DNA of 63,337 nucleotides, the filler included, from Bigelowiella natans CCMP2755 (lineage: Eukaryota; Protista; Cercozoa), in the NCBI GenBank assembly GCA_000320545.1. It is 6 parts of 6 records of this genome, joined end to end, with 100 filler letters (N's around TTAATTAATTAA, not from the genome) between each part and the next. Parts side by side here need not be neighbours in the genome. Positions count along the whole stretch, not along the records: positions 1 to 29,749 come from ADNK01002831.1; positions 29,850 to 38,426 come from ADNK01000664.1; positions 38,527 to 46,828 come from ADNK01003042.1; 3 more parts are not named here. One strand, given 5' to 3'. The notes under the pieces were generated by a model. The model ran no database searches, was not told the origin of the DNA, and worked only from the letters and a program-made list of their open reading frames with translations. Position 1 is the first letter of the stretch; each line of letters starts with the position of its first letter. Both the position numbers and the translations under genes were made by a program. Below, piece after piece: positions 27,546-41,456 of the stretch.

Positions 27546-28533
27546 ATGGGTAGGAAGAAGCGAGGCGGGCGCGGAGGGGCTCCAAACCAGGCTACAAATG
27601 GGAATAATAGCGGGGGGGGCTCGGCGAGTAAGGCGGCACCTCCCAAGATAATTGACATTGAGCGGAAGCTCCACCCCATCTACGAAATGTTAGACAACAG
27701 CCAAACGCAAAGGGCTTTGAAGGAGACCAATAGACTCATCTCTATATATGGCAGGTCGAATGATGATTATAACTAACAAAAACGAAATCATAGTGTGTGG
27801 TGGTGCTGTGGAAGAGAGTTGCGTATTTCGAACGTTTCATCGTGATTGATGTCTCCCCCTTACCGCTTTCTTATTCTTTACGTGAAATCGACTCTTGTCA
27901 CAATTAAAACAGGGCTTCTCAGCTGTTGTCGCTGAAAGGATTATCCCTCGCACGGTTGGGTAAAAAGACTGAAGCTCTACAGCTTTGCGACGAGGCACAG
28001 AATTCGCCCGATATTGACCTGCAGGTTCGAAGGAGTAAGAAAGGGACAGAAATATGGGGATGACGAGGGCATATATCTTTATCCTACATCTTCCGATTTG
28101 AAATATATTAAAGCGCACACACCCACTCGCTACAACACAGAATTTGAGATAAGGAGGATTTTGGGGAAAGTAGGGGAGGAGGAGCGGGAAGCGGCTTACA
28201 TAGTCGCAAATTCATGGAAATGTGGCGACAGCTCAGAGATATTGTTGTTTCTTACAGGTAGTGCAGATGCTTTTGATGGTCTACAAGCTCACACGCACGC
28301 CAGAGCGAAGTGCTTTGGCATGCAAAAAGGCTTGGACTCTTGAGCCGAAGGTGCTAGCTTTTGCAATACTTACAACAAATATGCACACGCTGAGCTATGT
28401 TTTATGACACTTGTGCCTTTGAATGTAATCTCCCGAAAATTAAGAACGAGAAATTCGCTCTGGAGTATTACTTTTCCTTAGCTCGCATCTACGATTTCTC
28501 CAAACAAGAGGTAGCAGCAACAAAAAAGCCACA

Positions 28534-28567
<34 letters not shown>

Positions 28568-28839
28568 GATTAACGATAATGATCATGATGCTTCTGATAG
28601 TAATAATATTGAAGAGAGCGAGTATAGAGCAGGAGTCTTAAAACCAATGACTTCTTACCATTCAAGCTGCGTGGATCTGTTGTCCAACTACCTCACTTTC
28701 ACTTGAAACGACGCAATACTCTTAGAACGTCGCGAGTGCAATGTACAATGAAATCAACAAAGATGTAAAATACCTCCTCTGGGCAGCAGTCGCCCTCCAT
28801 CAGCAGGTAACAGACAATCTTGAAAGCTCCGCCTCTCTC

Positions 28840-28877
<38 letters not shown>

Positions 28878-29685
28878 CCTTACATATCAGACTCAGAAAA
28901 TATGAAAGTATACATTTATTGAATGTGTTATTAATGTTGTTGCCATCCTTTCTCTATCGTGTTGCTCAGGTGATAGCGGATACCGGGCCAGTGAGTCCCG
29001 AGGTGATGATGATGTCTTCAAAGCGTCATTTCAGCAAAAGCGCACTGAAGAACAGGACGGCGAAGCTCATCCGTGCAGAGTCCAAATCCAAGTATTGAGG
29101 GAAGGGCGAGCAACGGGAGAAATTTAGAAAAATAGAGTCGGAGCAGTAGGATGAGAGCGGGGTTCTTGTTACGTTTCATAATCACTATCCTTCTCATCAT
29201 CTTCATTCCTACCAATGACGCAGGCAATGCCTCTCCATCATCGCACCCACAGCTGGCAGCACTTCCAGTGGTGGTGGTGGTGGTGGCGCCGGTGCTGGTA
29301 AAGCTGCTGCAGCAGCAGCAGCCGCCACCATAAATAATGGCGACGAAGGCACATCATCGGCGGACCCAGCAGCAGCTGCAGAAGAGCGCAAACGCCGTCG
29401 TCGCGAGAAGCGGAAAAAGAAAAAAGCTGCCGAGAAGGCGGCTAAAGCAGCCGCGGCTGCTGCCGCCGCAGCAGCTGGATCTCCAGCCTCCAACGATAAC
29501 ACCAAACCTAGTAAGAATAGCAGCGCTGTTGGGGCTGGCAGTGGTGATGAGAACAAGTCGGCAATAAACAAAAAGCCCACTGATGGAGGAGGAGGAGGAG
29601 GAGGAGGAGGAGGAGGAGGAGAGAAGAATAAAGAGGTTGGTAAAGAGGAGAAGAAAACGACTTCAAGTAGTAGCAGCAGCAACAG
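27546..29685 (+). CDS. NAA25: NatB auxiliary subunit NAA25/MDM20-like, 5' part, broken by an assembly gap
   Basis: ERKLHPIYEMLDNSQTQRALKETNRL matches the NAA25 N-terminus (R-L-x-P-I-Y-D-x-L-D). Later exons read NEKFALEYYFSLARIYDFSKQE and SAMYNEINKDVKYLLWAAVALHQQ, then a low-complexity Ala/Gly/Lys insert. Confidence 0.75.
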
Positions 29686-29749
29686 TAAGTGATAAATGCC
29701 GTGGAGTACTTTCGCGTGTACCTTCGTAGTCTGATCGAGCGAGAGGACG

Positions 29750-29849
29750 NNNNNNNNNNNNNNNNNNNNNNNNNNNNNNNNNNNNNNNNNNNNTTAATTA
29801 ATTAANNNNNNNNNNNNNNNNNNNNNNNNNNNNNNNNNNNNNNNNNNNN
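29750..29849. other. Assembly spacer (Ns with TTAATTAATTAA six-frame stop linker)
   Basis: A 100-nt N run with central TTAATTAATTAA, repeated identically five times in the window. Confidence 0.98.
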
Positions 29850-29959
29850 TTTCCCTCCCATTCATCTTTTGAATGGCTTTGCCCGAACATTTTTCCATCT
29901 CCTCCCCCCCCCCCCCCTCTCTCTCTTTCTGTGTGTGCGTGTGTGTGTTTTCTTCGTCA

Positions 29960-30012
29960 GGTTTTCGGGGATATGAGCCTACGCCGCATTTATGCCCAGC
30001 AGCTGCAGTAAT

Positions 30013-30045
<33 letters not shown>

Positions 30046-31227
30046 TATGATAACTGAAGAGGGAAATTGATTGATTGACTTCGCAGCTCGTATGAAGATG
30101 GAGGACCATGATGATATGCATAGCTTTCCGTGTGTGGAAGGGAAAAGAGGAGGGGGGGGGTAAAGGGGAGAGGGAGAGAAGGGATAAGAACGTTGTTCTG
30201 ACAATAAATATGCGTAATCTTACCGAAGGTACTTCCATCTGATCTGGGTGGTTTTGAGCGTCACGGGTGTTAGCGATGAGGTCGTCTCATTGTAGATCAT
30301 TCACATGCGCGCGCGCGCGCGCAGCACGCTTTAGGGACAAATGATGTAGCACACACGTCGATAGTTGAGTGACAGATAAGTATGCGTGTATGGCTGCAGG
30401 TGCAAGAGATGCTGCGAGAGGCTTCATTCGCGCCAACATCGAGCGACGGTGCGATGTCTAAAAGTATATCAGAAGCCGTGTTTCTGCATGCACTCACGCA
30501 TGCACGCACGCACACATACACACACACATTGAGAAATAGACTCTCCTCCTCTCTGTGTAACGTGTGTGATGCCTCCTCTTGTCAGACGACTATGCGTCGA
30601 GATCAACTCTTTGCTTTAACAAAACTGAGGTGCTGCGTGTGTTTTGCGTGTGCGTGTACGTGAGTGTGTGTATGAAAGGGGGGGGAGAGAGAGAGAGAGA
30701 GAGACAGAGAGAGAGAGAAGGAAGGGGGAGGGGGGGGGGGGAGGGGGATTGTGAATTGATACCAATATGAATAATCGTAGGACGGACTCCGATTCGCATC
30801 TTCAGAGTCTAAGAGACGTCTTAAGGTGTGTAACTACAACCGCCATTGCGAAGTGACGACGCATACCCATCGAAGGAGTTCAGATATACACACACATATA
30901 TGCTGTCAGATTCTTATACCCCCGCGTAGTTAGAACCACATCTGCGCAAACAACAACGTCTAGGTCGTTCGTCCCAGCGTGCCATTTGCTTGCGTCTTGA
31001 CTCTTGTGTTTTGTATATCTTCTTCCAACACACGCGTACGTGTTGGCCTACCTTCTTCCACACACGTGTACGTGTAGAGCCTCATCACCACTCATTTCCG
31101 GGAAAAAGGAGCGGAGGCCTTAGGTGCTGGCTTGTTTTCCTCCTTTCTACGATGCATAACAAAGGGGCGGGGGGGGGGGGTGGGAGAGAGAGAAATAGCA
31201 TGAATCTGAATATGAACAAACTCAACA

Positions 31228-31270
<43 letters not shown>

Positions 31271-31667
31271 TACATGCACTTATGTAGGTGCTCTCTTGAC
31301 GGAGTTACTCCTGAACTTGGCATCACCTACGACTGAAGTAATGGTTAAAATGCAGCGGCAAGAAAAGCAATTTCCACGCCGTGCGGCGAGAATGTTCCCA
31401 AAATCATCAAGGGGGGGGTGGAGGGGGGGACGGAATCATCGTTGTTTCTGCTTTTCTTTTTAACAAGCTTATCGTGTGTGTGTGCATGTGAATGTTTCAG
31501 TATAAGTATGGATATTGTGTGTACTTGACAGTATACATTGTGTGTATACTCATTTTCTTTTGTGAATCAAGTTTTTCGAATCTCTGCGTTGATCTCCACC
31601 ATCCGTTTTGTAGGTTGTAAAGAATCTCCTCGCTATGAGGAAGGTAGTTTCCCGCTCGAGCTACATA

Positions 31668-31704
<37 letters not shown>

Positions 31705-32046
31705 ATACATGAAGGACGCTATGCTGAGATCCAGGGCCATATATTGAGCTAAATATTAGCGTAACTTGCGTTTTGATCATAAGTCCCCCCGCCCTTCTGT
31801 ATTCGCACCCTTGACTATTACAGATGCTGCTGGGGTTGTACCGATTCACGTTCAAGCCAAGTTCGGCCCTCATCGCCAAAGTGCGGCAAGAAGTGGCCGG
31901 TGCGCCGAGGTACAGCATTCCGTACGTGTGCATGGATATCACGCGCACCGCGCGCTCTTACGTTTTGAATGTGAACTACTCTGTATTTTTGTATGTGTAT
32001 TATATATAGCGCCACATGCACACAATGACACAAACACGCACACAAA

Positions 32047-32086
<40 letters not shown>

Positions 32087-32323
32087 ATTATGATATAGTC
32101 AATTATATAATATTGTTTGTGTTTGCGTGTAGTATTCGGTCCGTGAAGAGCCTGGCGCATCATCGAAACGACAGCGCGCGTCTCTTCACACGGTAGCGAC
32201 GACGGCGTTAATTTTCCACGCAACTACTTCGATTGTCCGAATCGAAACGTAAACGTCTACGAATTCGTTTATGAAAGTATTAGCATGCCACACGCGCGCG
32301 CGCGCACACACACACACACACAC

Positions 32324-32367
<44 letters not shown>

Positions 32368-32452
32368 CCCATCAGGAGCTCCGGAGCGATCGACAGACGT
32401 AATTATTAGGGATGAAAGATTCTTGGGCTATCATAGCTTATATTCTATATTA

Positions 32453-32488
<36 letters not shown>

Positions 32489-32499
32489 TCTCAATTGTG

Positions 32500-32550
<51 letters not shown>

Positions 32551-32592
32551 ACGTGTACGTCTCCATGTTTGATGCTGGTGCGCATGTCATAT

Positions 32593-32630
<38 letters not shown>

Positions 32631-33323
32631 GGTCGTTATCCATGGGAGTTCTGTCTTCTTCGCTAAATGCTTTTTACACTGCTTTCACACAGCGAAAAGC
32701 CCCAAGATACGGCACCAGGATTCAAGGCAATCGCACACACACGCAGACACGCAAGCACGCAAATCCCGTTTATGAAATGACAGCGCGACAGGACATGTAG
32801 CAACGGCCATATATCTATGCTGCGAAAGCAGAAGAATCCATCCGTTTCTGACGACGACGATCGCTCCGCATCACCCATTCATTCCCGACGACAATTGCCC
32901 TACACCCACCTTGAAAACTTGTCTTATCTTTGCAGCTTGAATGTGCTGTCGCGCGACGAAATCAGCCTTCTTTCGTCGCACTATCAAGACCTAAATCGCC
33001 TCCAAGGAGCTTGGACTACCCCGATGTGACGAATATGTTAAACGACGACCATATTTTCATGCTAATGTTAACGAAGGGGGGGGGGGGGGGGGACGACCAC
33101 ATATTTACACTGTTTTAATTGCGGTATTTTGGGCTGTTTCAGGACGAACACGACGATCCTACGCATTCTCAGGTGTGTAAATGAGGTGCAGTTGTGATGA
33201 TATGCTCTATAGGCTCTGTAGTTTGCCGTAGTGGTGGTGGCTGCTGTGCTTCCTCATGATGATAGCGGCCAAAGAGACAGAAGGATGCCTTCGTGAGCGC
33301 CATCAGGCATCGTGTTGTTCCAA

Positions 33324-33355
<32 letters not shown>

Positions 33356-33644
33356 GTGCCTCTCCCCCCCAGGAAGCGGCTATTTGCGTTCATCACTTCC
33401 GCACCACCATCGCAAGAGGGAGGTAATAGGAGCTCCGTTGTCCTTCCTCATCATCATAAGCACCGTCAGATAGGCGGCACAAGCGCCCAGCAGCAGTATC
33501 CGCAGCCGCAGCCGCAGCAGCAGTGTCGGCGCGTGTTCCAATTCGATGATGTCGTCGTCAACGTGACTGGGGTCTTCTTAGGTGCCGTGCTCTATGTACC
33601 GTATGCTACGATGATGTTGTGCAATGCATATTGTAAACATATTA

Positions 33645-33686
<42 letters not shown>

Positions 33687-34219
33687 TGTGTGTGTGTGTG
33701 TGTGTGTGTGCGTAACGTGTGGGCCTAGAGGCCGCTACCACTTTCTTACGCTTGTGAGATGACGTCTCCTCCTCCTCCTCCTCATCTTCTTCTTCTTCTT
33801 CCTCCGCTCAACTACTAACACCGAAAAAGGTAACTACCGACTTCTCAAGTGCGATGGAGAGGTACGTGTCTCGTGTGCTGCTGCTAACTTGTGTGTCCAT
33901 GAGTGCGCGGGCACACCCCCACCAACCGCACTGCGATGTAGCACTGTATGTCGGTGAGTTGAATACACACTCTATTGACGCGATCTTCCTCCTGTCGATC
34001 TTGGCCCGTTCGCAAAAATAACAGACCGCAGTGTGGAGGAGGCAAAATGCAGATCTTGCACTGAAAGAGACGATGGAAGAGGAGGGGGGGAGTCCAGAAT
34101 CACTCCCTGGTAAAGGCGGTAGCAATGGCGCCTTCACAGCGGATTTGATGAAGAAGTGGCTGCTTGGGACGGCAGTCTCCAACTCCTCCGGTCACATGTC
34201 ATGGAAAAGACGCGCTTGA
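29960..34219 (+). CDS. Partial multi-exon hypothetical protein (3' portion)
   Basis: Short AG/GT-bounded blocks such as VQEMLREASFAPTSSDGAMSK, ALLTELLLNLASPTTE and MLLGLYRFTFKPSSALIAKVRQEVAGAP, with a terminal exon ending ...GHMSWKRRA*. No family recognised. Confidence 0.4.
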
Positions 34220-35344
34220 GTTGTTTAATTCCGCTCCGATCTTCGCGTGCTCAGATTGGCCTCCATTTGTGGGGACAATGTCCGTGAACGTCCATGCATG
34301 CCACGGCACATCTAGACATGCACAGGGACACATGCCTCTGCGCATTTCATAATCTGCCTCATGCTCTGGGCAATCTAGCAATGGGCAGTGTCGATAGGCA
34401 GTGAAGAGCACAGTCCTGCGTACGCCCAGTAGTGCGTACTCTAGTATTAGCTAGCTAGCGAATGCAAAGATGCAAATGAGGTGCGAGCTACCGCTCATCA
34501 GCACTAGCTAGCTAGAGCAGTTGAAAGTCACATTGCATGTGCGGCGTATGTAGCGCACCGCCAAGCAGTGAGCATGCAATGAGTTGCGATATTGTTGTGT
34601 GGCGCCTTTCTAGCCTTCCAACGCAATGAATGGCACTACACAGCTCTAGAGCTAGAGAGATTGCTCCTTGCGCAGGATAATCAGGCACCACGCTAGCACG
34701 ATTTTGGTACTGCTACAACAATAAAGCAGTACGCTCGTCGTTACGACACATATATATATATATATGGCTTTTCGCATCGAGGTGCACAAATGACATATGC
34801 ATACACCGATGTCCGTGTACGTGCGCATCAGCCGGCGGAGCGATATTGCTGCGCACATATGCATGTTCACACATGTATACAGAGCAAGCTAGCAACTGCT
34901 AATAGAGATAGATGTATTGTTATACGGTTGTACGTGGATATTCTAATATCGGACACTGGCTAGTACTATCGTGCCTACTAGTAGAGCGGATGCAAGCAAT
35001 GAGCCATACACGAAACTAAATTTAAACACCAAGCGGCATCGTAGCAGCAATGTCTTCTGCCCGTTTTCTGCAGAATAAAAGCTGCAAGCGTGCATGCTTT
35101 CCGTCCTCCCTCAATATCCCCGGAGCTTCTTCGTAATAGCCGACTCTCGCGCTTCCTGCAGAAGGAAAAGGCACAATCATCTTCCATCGATGGGGGACAT
35201 CTCTAGCGAGCACCAACACCATACTCGACGGATTATTGAGGGAGGAGAGGAGGAATGGATGGTCGCGGGCTGTGGAACCGTATCGGCTATTTGACGATTG
35301 TCATCACATGCTCTCACGCTCAGGAGCGACACTCACCGCACGTC

Positions 35345-36472
35345 TCATGCTGCCGCTGCTCCTTCCTCTCGCGGAGGGGGTTTTACCTTCTCTAGCCTGC
35401 GCTTTTTGGCGATCGACTCGAACGTCTCCGGCCCCTTCGCTCTGTGCTCCTCCTCGATCCTATTGAAGGCGGCAGCGTCCGTTCGTTTCGCCTGAGGGGT
35501 GGGGGGGGGGGGGGGGGAATCAGTTGAGTTTGGAGGGGACGGCGGGGGCGGCGGCGTTTGAGCTGATAGAGCTCTTCCACTTCTCTCGAATCACCATGCT
35601 GATGCCCAAAGAAGCGCGCTCGTCGCCCATCCCTCTTCCGACGGGCATCATTACCAAGCCGACATCGAGAGTTACAGCATCCGCAATCAACCGTTTACTC
35701 CTTCTCCTCCTCCTCCTCCTCCTCCCGCTACAACAGACTTACTTAACTACTACCACTACAACTTCTACCACTACAACTACCACTACTAATACTACTACTA
35801 ATACTACTCATCCTGAGCAAGCAACCTCTTTGAGCTGCTTCATTAACATGTAGGTTCGAGCGTCCTCAGTCCTCTGCCTTTGCTCGTCGCGGATACGCCG
35901 TCTCTCCATCGCCGCCTTCTCCTCGTCGGTCATCGTCTTTTCGTCGGTGTAAAGCTCCTGCACGGTGCTTAGCCCGCGCTTTTTCGCTTCTCTCATCTCC
36001 CATGCGCCGAGATTGTAGTACCTGGGCCATTGTTACAAGGAGGAGGGGGGAGGGGCTCAGATCGCGACGATATGCAGTCACAATCGCGTCGAGTAGCTGA
36101 TGGTTGTGTGGTGATATGATTTGGGGTGCGTATCTGCGAGTTTAAACCTACACAATGTCAAAACGAGGAGCGCGCCCTTTTCTGAGGGGCTGGCTTCTTT
36201 AGAATATATGTTTTTGAATATGTATATATACATATAAATATGTATATTTAATTACTTGTCATCCGGCAAGGTGCACGTATTATAGTCCTCACAGTACATG
36301 CTGAAGAAGTCTTCTTCCTCCCGCTTATTCATCATTGAAGGCTGCTTGTCCTTGACCTGAGGAGTAGTGGAATAGTAGTGTGTTTTGTCGTTCTCTGTGT
36401 TCGGGGCCCCTCTCTCCTCTCATTTGTACCTCGATCACCCACCGCAAGAACTCCTCATTCTTCTCGTACCTA

Positions 36473-36507
<35 letters not shown>

Positions 36508-37324
36508 TGTCAGCTTCGCGATGGGTGGGTTGTAAGCCTCAGCTGCAGAGGAGAAAGACTGAAACTGCGCAGCCAGTGCGTAGGGATTAAGAAAAATAAA
36601 TAGAAATCTTTTTCTGGCGCCTTCTGAATGTGTTCGTGATATTTCCACACACACACACACAAACACACAAACACACACACACTCGCCCAAAGCTCGCACA
36701 AAATAAACAACTGCAGAGCCAATATCATGCGCCACCTGTGCGCCCTATCAGGGCGAATGATCCCCCTAGCTCCGTACTCGAGCTGGTTTATTGCACCCAT
36801 CGGATTATCGATGTTCTTCTTCTTCGCCTTCTTTTTCTTCTTCTTTTTCTTCTTTTTATCCTACGGAAAATAGGTGGGGGAGGGGAGGGGAGGAAGAGGA
36901 GAGAGTTAGTGACATTAATTGAAGAAAGCAGGAGTGCAAGTGCTGTGGTACGTGGGTATGTTTCAAGACGAAAATGGAGCCAGGACATGACGGCGTGTAT
37001 AGTCTACCGCACCTTTTTCTTTTTCTTTTCCTTCTTCTTCTTCTTGTCCTTTTTCTTTTCCTTCTTCTTCTGTGAAAAGCAAACGGCATTTTAGGGCGCG
37101 TCGGGTTAGTAAAGGCAGCGGCGCACGCCTGCACGCGTGAGTGGAAGACGGCAGAAAAACAGTGCTGGGATGACGAAATAGGACACCTTCTTCTTCTTCT
37201 TCCGCGTGTCCTCCTCAGGCTCAGAGTCGCTGTCATCAGAGTCATCGTCGGAGTCATCATCGGAGGGATCGCGGCGCCTGGACGCTTTGGCGTGCTCTTG
37301 CTCATCGGAGGAGGAGTCGGCCAT
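35345..37324 (-). CDS. Lys-rich nuclear protein of the SCI1 (style cell-cycle inhibitor)-like family
   Basis: Acidic and poly-Lys N-terminus, then EYGARGIIRPD, YEKNEEFLRWVIEV, EEEDFFSMYCEDYNTCTLPD and YYNLGAWEMRE. These match the YG..GII / EF..WL.EV / EDYNTAT.P..KYY pattern I recall for this family. The 3' end is approximate. Confidence 0.65.
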
Positions 37325-38011
37325 GGTGCGGTTGTGCGTCGGTGCTGGCGAGCCCCGCTGCGCTTGGGATCTTCCTTCCTCGGCAGGAAGCTTTTCGTGC
37401 GGGAAACTTCTGGGAAGGGGCTTTTGACGCTCCAGAGCATCCTTTTCAAAAGGAACGTCAAGTCATTCTCCATGTCGCATACCTAAAAATCCACGAATTT
37501 AGCACAAATATTGGTGGTCCTGGGTCGTCGGATGTGCTAGATGTTCTCCGCATGTATTTCGGTCTAAAAGCACGGCCGGAGGAGGACCACCAAGCCGCAA
37601 GAAGCGAACGATCAGTCGCGCGCCTTCTCGACCGCACATCAGAAACAAGCTTGGCGCACTCTGGTGAGGGGGGTTAGGAGGTGGCAGGGGAAGGGTGGCG
37701 GGAAAAGGCTGGGGAGATGAGGGAGGAGCGGGAGGGCTGGTAATGCAAGTGGTATTGCGTTGCGTCTCTTCATTCGAGCGGATGGCGTGGCGGTGTCAAT
37801 TGGCGCCATTTCCGTTCCAAAGGCTGGCGGGAAGCAAGCGCTTCTGAGAACACGTTCGAGCGAGTGAAGCGTAGCTCAGTCGCAGGAGTTCGCCATTCAA
37901 TCCGTGTCCTCTTCCCTGCGCTTCATTCTTCTGCCTCATCGCCTTGACCACGCCGCAAGTGGCACGTAGTGAACATTCTGCCTTTCCCCTTCCTTCTTAT
38001 CACAGGAAAAA

Positions 38012-38193
38012 ATGTCGTCTTCCTCCGCTTCTAAGCCCTTGTACGACCTACACACGTACAAAGAGCCGCCGTGTGGTGAGGTGATCTTCGCTGGTGCGAG
38101 CTCATGGTCGCTCAGTGGGCGGTCCGGCATCACCAAGGCGTGGGACGGCGTGGAGGAGAGGAATCTCATGAGCTTTCATCGACTCAAACCTTT
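38012..38193 (+). CDS. RCC2: RCC2/TD-60-like protein, first exon only (truncated by gap)
   Basis: GEVIFAGASSWSLSGRSG...ERNLMSFHRLKPL resembles the RCC2 N-terminal G..L..G...W...GR...NL...HR motif. Confidence 0.55.
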
Positions 38194-38352
38194 GGTATCT
38201 TCTAAAGCTACCAACATTATTATTATTATTATTTTATTATTATTGTTGTTGTTGTTATTATTATTTTATTGGCTGAGCTAGTATCTGCACAATACTACAG
38301 CCACAGCTTCGTTGTTGCAGCACAGGCGAGCATGAAGAAACAGCCCCTTCCC

Positions 38353-38389
<37 letters not shown>

Positions 38390-38426
38390 TGCTTTCACTG
38401 CATACAAAATAGGTCAACATTCCCGT

Positions 38427-38526
38427 NNNNNNNNNNNNNNNNNNNNNNNNNNNNNNNNNNNNNNNNNNNNTTAATTAATTAANNNNNNNNNNNNNNNNNN
38501 NNNNNNNNNNNNNNNNNNNNNNNNNN
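38427..38526. other. Assembly spacer
   Basis: N run with TTAATTAATTAA. Confidence 0.98.
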
Positions 38527-38564
<38 letters not shown>

Positions 38565-38619
38565 ATAGAATATATAAATATTTATATAATATTGATATGC
38601 CACAATAATTAACTAACAG

Positions 38620-38757
38620 GATCCTCGATGCTCTTTCGGCCTCCGGACTCAGAACGATAAGGTGGGGTGAAAAGGGCACTTGCGAGGCTCTCGATGTCAG
38701 TGTCAAAACGTGTATGCTCGATGGTAGCAGTTTGGAATATATCACTATACAGTCCAA

Positions 38758-38801
<44 letters not shown>

Positions 38802-39316
38802 TGAGTGTGTGTGTGTGTGTGTGTGTGTACAATATTCATTATTGCTTATTTCATATGTCCCTCAGGTTTTGCAAGGAGATCGGAGAAGACAACATTGACT
38901 ACATCGTTGCCAACGACATCGATGAATCTGCCACGCAGGTGAGGGATGAGCTATCAATCTGGCATATAATAGAGCATCTCGTCTGCAATCTGTTGATTCT
39001 GGCGATTTGGCAATTCGCGCTTTACGATTTACAGAAGAACCCCCTCCCACCCCCCGCTCCGACTCGTACGTCCACCTCGCGTGTGAATGAGCTTTTTCTT
39101 CTTCTTCCTCTTCTCCCATGTGTAGATGCGGGTTTCATAGGAGTCGTTTCTAATCTCCGCACAATAGGTCGTACGTCAAATCGATGATCGAGGCCCTGCA
39201 AGGCGGGGGGGGCTGCCCCGCGAATAAAACCGAAGTAAGTGTGCGCGCACTGGCCACCATCATAACCCTGTTGTGACCCGGTCTTTGGAACGTACCGTGC
39301 CTGCTTTCACATATGC

Positions 39317-39377
<61 letters not shown>

Positions 39378-39548
39378 AGGGAGAGAGTCGAAGGCTGCTT
39401 TTGTGTGCGTCATCGTGTTCCAACCACCTCAGGCCGCACCATTCCGAACAAAAGCTCGCATGCTGGGATTGCTCTCTGTGGTCGCCACGGAGCTGAGCGA
39501 CGTGCCGCTGTGCGTGCTATGCGTTTTTCCGATATAAAAATATATTTA

Positions 39549-39587
<39 letters not shown>

Positions 39588-40909
39588 GCAATGATTCACG
39601 CCGGTTGTGAGAACAAGTTGTTCTTTTTTTTGGCGCGATCGTAATTGGTTCTTCCGTGTGTGTTTGCGCAATGGTTTTCCGATGCGGGTGCAATCTCGCT
39701 GCGTAGATATCACTCCCATACGCGGATCTGCAGCCTCTTTAAAGTAGAAGTCATGCCGAAGATGAAGGTTAGGTTGGCGCGCGCGCCGCACACACATACA
39801 CACACAAAGCACAGAGAGAAAGAGAGAGAGAGAGAGAGATTAGAAGACAGGTACTTTCATAGATCAGAAGCGGGAGAGTGGGAGTCTGTATTTGCATCGC
39901 TCTCAGAATACCCTTATTTGTGCCTTACCTCTCAATATATAATTCCTAACAGATCGTGGTGAACACGCTTTCACATCTGGTACCACAGACGTCCTCACTA
40001 CAAATTCATCATCACCACCACCACCACCACCACCACCACCACCCTCATCACTTTCACATCCATCGTTGTCTTTGCTGTCATATCATTCTGCCGGCGTGCC
40101 CTTCCCAACAGGGTTTCAGAGTGTCGATCTCGCACACGTCTCCGAACGCCTACAAGACCAACGCGCCCAGCGAGGTACAACCGACCGGTCAAGTCGTTGT
40201 CCATGCACTCCCGCACAAAATGCAAGCACGAAGAGAAAGCCACCGCGCCACATGCTGATTTGCCTGTCCACGCAAACAGGTGCTGTTTGCCCTATTCCGG
40301 AGTTGGAGGCTGAGAGAACTCAACGCTACGGGAGACGGCGATGGCGTTGCGACTCTCACTAACGGCAAAGGCTCGGAGAAGATCCAAGAGGCGGGAGAAG
40401 GCAAAACGACGGCGGGCAATAACCTCAGCATTGAGCCAAAGACGGTCGCTAATGAGCGTGGTGGAGGCCTTCTCTCGCATCGAGAGGCACGTGAGGGTGC
40501 TGTGTCAGGGAAGAATCATTCAGAGAGCCGTTTTCGCGACATTTCTATGAGTCTCATTGCCAGCGTTCTTTTCAACCCTGCACTGCAACGCAGCAGCCCC
40601 GCTGCCCAGTCGGCCCGATCAGTGCCGGCATTTTTCCCTCCGGTACCTCCTCGCAACATCGGCTGCAGGCGATCCAGCCACTTGTCGAGAAGATGTTGTG
40701 CTGCATGTCGTGCGTGCGTGCGTGCGTTCGTGCGTGCGTGTGTGCGTGTGTGCATTTTCCTCGCTCCGCTGCTTTTGAAATCGACTCTTCGTCCCTCGTT
40801 TTTAGAGCGCCCCTCACGTTTTGTACTGTTTTTTGTCCGCGGGTCTTAGTCGGAGGAGCGATCGCCGAAGGCAAGAGCCATGCGGAAAAGTCACGGTGGA
40901 ATTCCATAG
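38620..40909 (+). CDS. TRM1: tRNA (guanine26-N2)-dimethyltransferase TRM1-like; 5' partial and apparently lacking its central region
   Basis: ILDALSASGLRTIR|FCKEIGEDNIDYIVANDID (SAM-binding), FRTKARMLGLLSVVATELSDVPL, GFRVSISHTSPNAYKTNAP and a terminal FFPP|SEERSPKARA. No DLDPYG exon found between these blocks. Confidence 0.75.
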
Positions 40910-41084
40910 GCGTCGTCATTGCTTTTTCGATTGGAAATTGGGCAGGGCTGCTCTCATCTCGCCGCGCTTGCCCTCTCTTCGGTAGAGCAGTTACAGGCGC
41001 GTGTTGCGTTAAACACTCATGACCGTATGTATGTATGTGCGTGCTTTTCATTATTTTATCAAGGAACACACAGCTATAGATACC

Positions 41085-41117
<33 letters not shown>

Positions 41118-41456
41118 CAAACGTATACACAGCGTAGCGCATTACATTAACATAGCAGAGCATAAATGCAGGCAGGATGTGGATGAACAAATAAGCGAGC
41201 GAAGTACAGTTGCTTGTGCAAACTTAAATTTGCTTATTCATAGGAGAGCTAGATATTACTTGCATCTACGCTGCTTCCTGCTAACTGTCTACCAGCAGTA
41301 TAATAAAAAAGTACCTTGCGTGCAATGTGTTCTAGCTAGGCTGTTAGCTGTACATATATTTCATCATGCATGTGAGCAAGGGAGAGAAATATTTCTCTTG
41401 TATACGTCTTGCACTTCTTGCATTCACGCACATGTTCAGATACTCTCTAGCAAATC

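Noticed and set aside
29794-29805. TTAATTAATTAA palindrome recurring five times
   Set aside because: It is always centred in a 100-nt N run, so it is an artificial contig linker. Adjacency across these gaps is not evidence of gene clustering.
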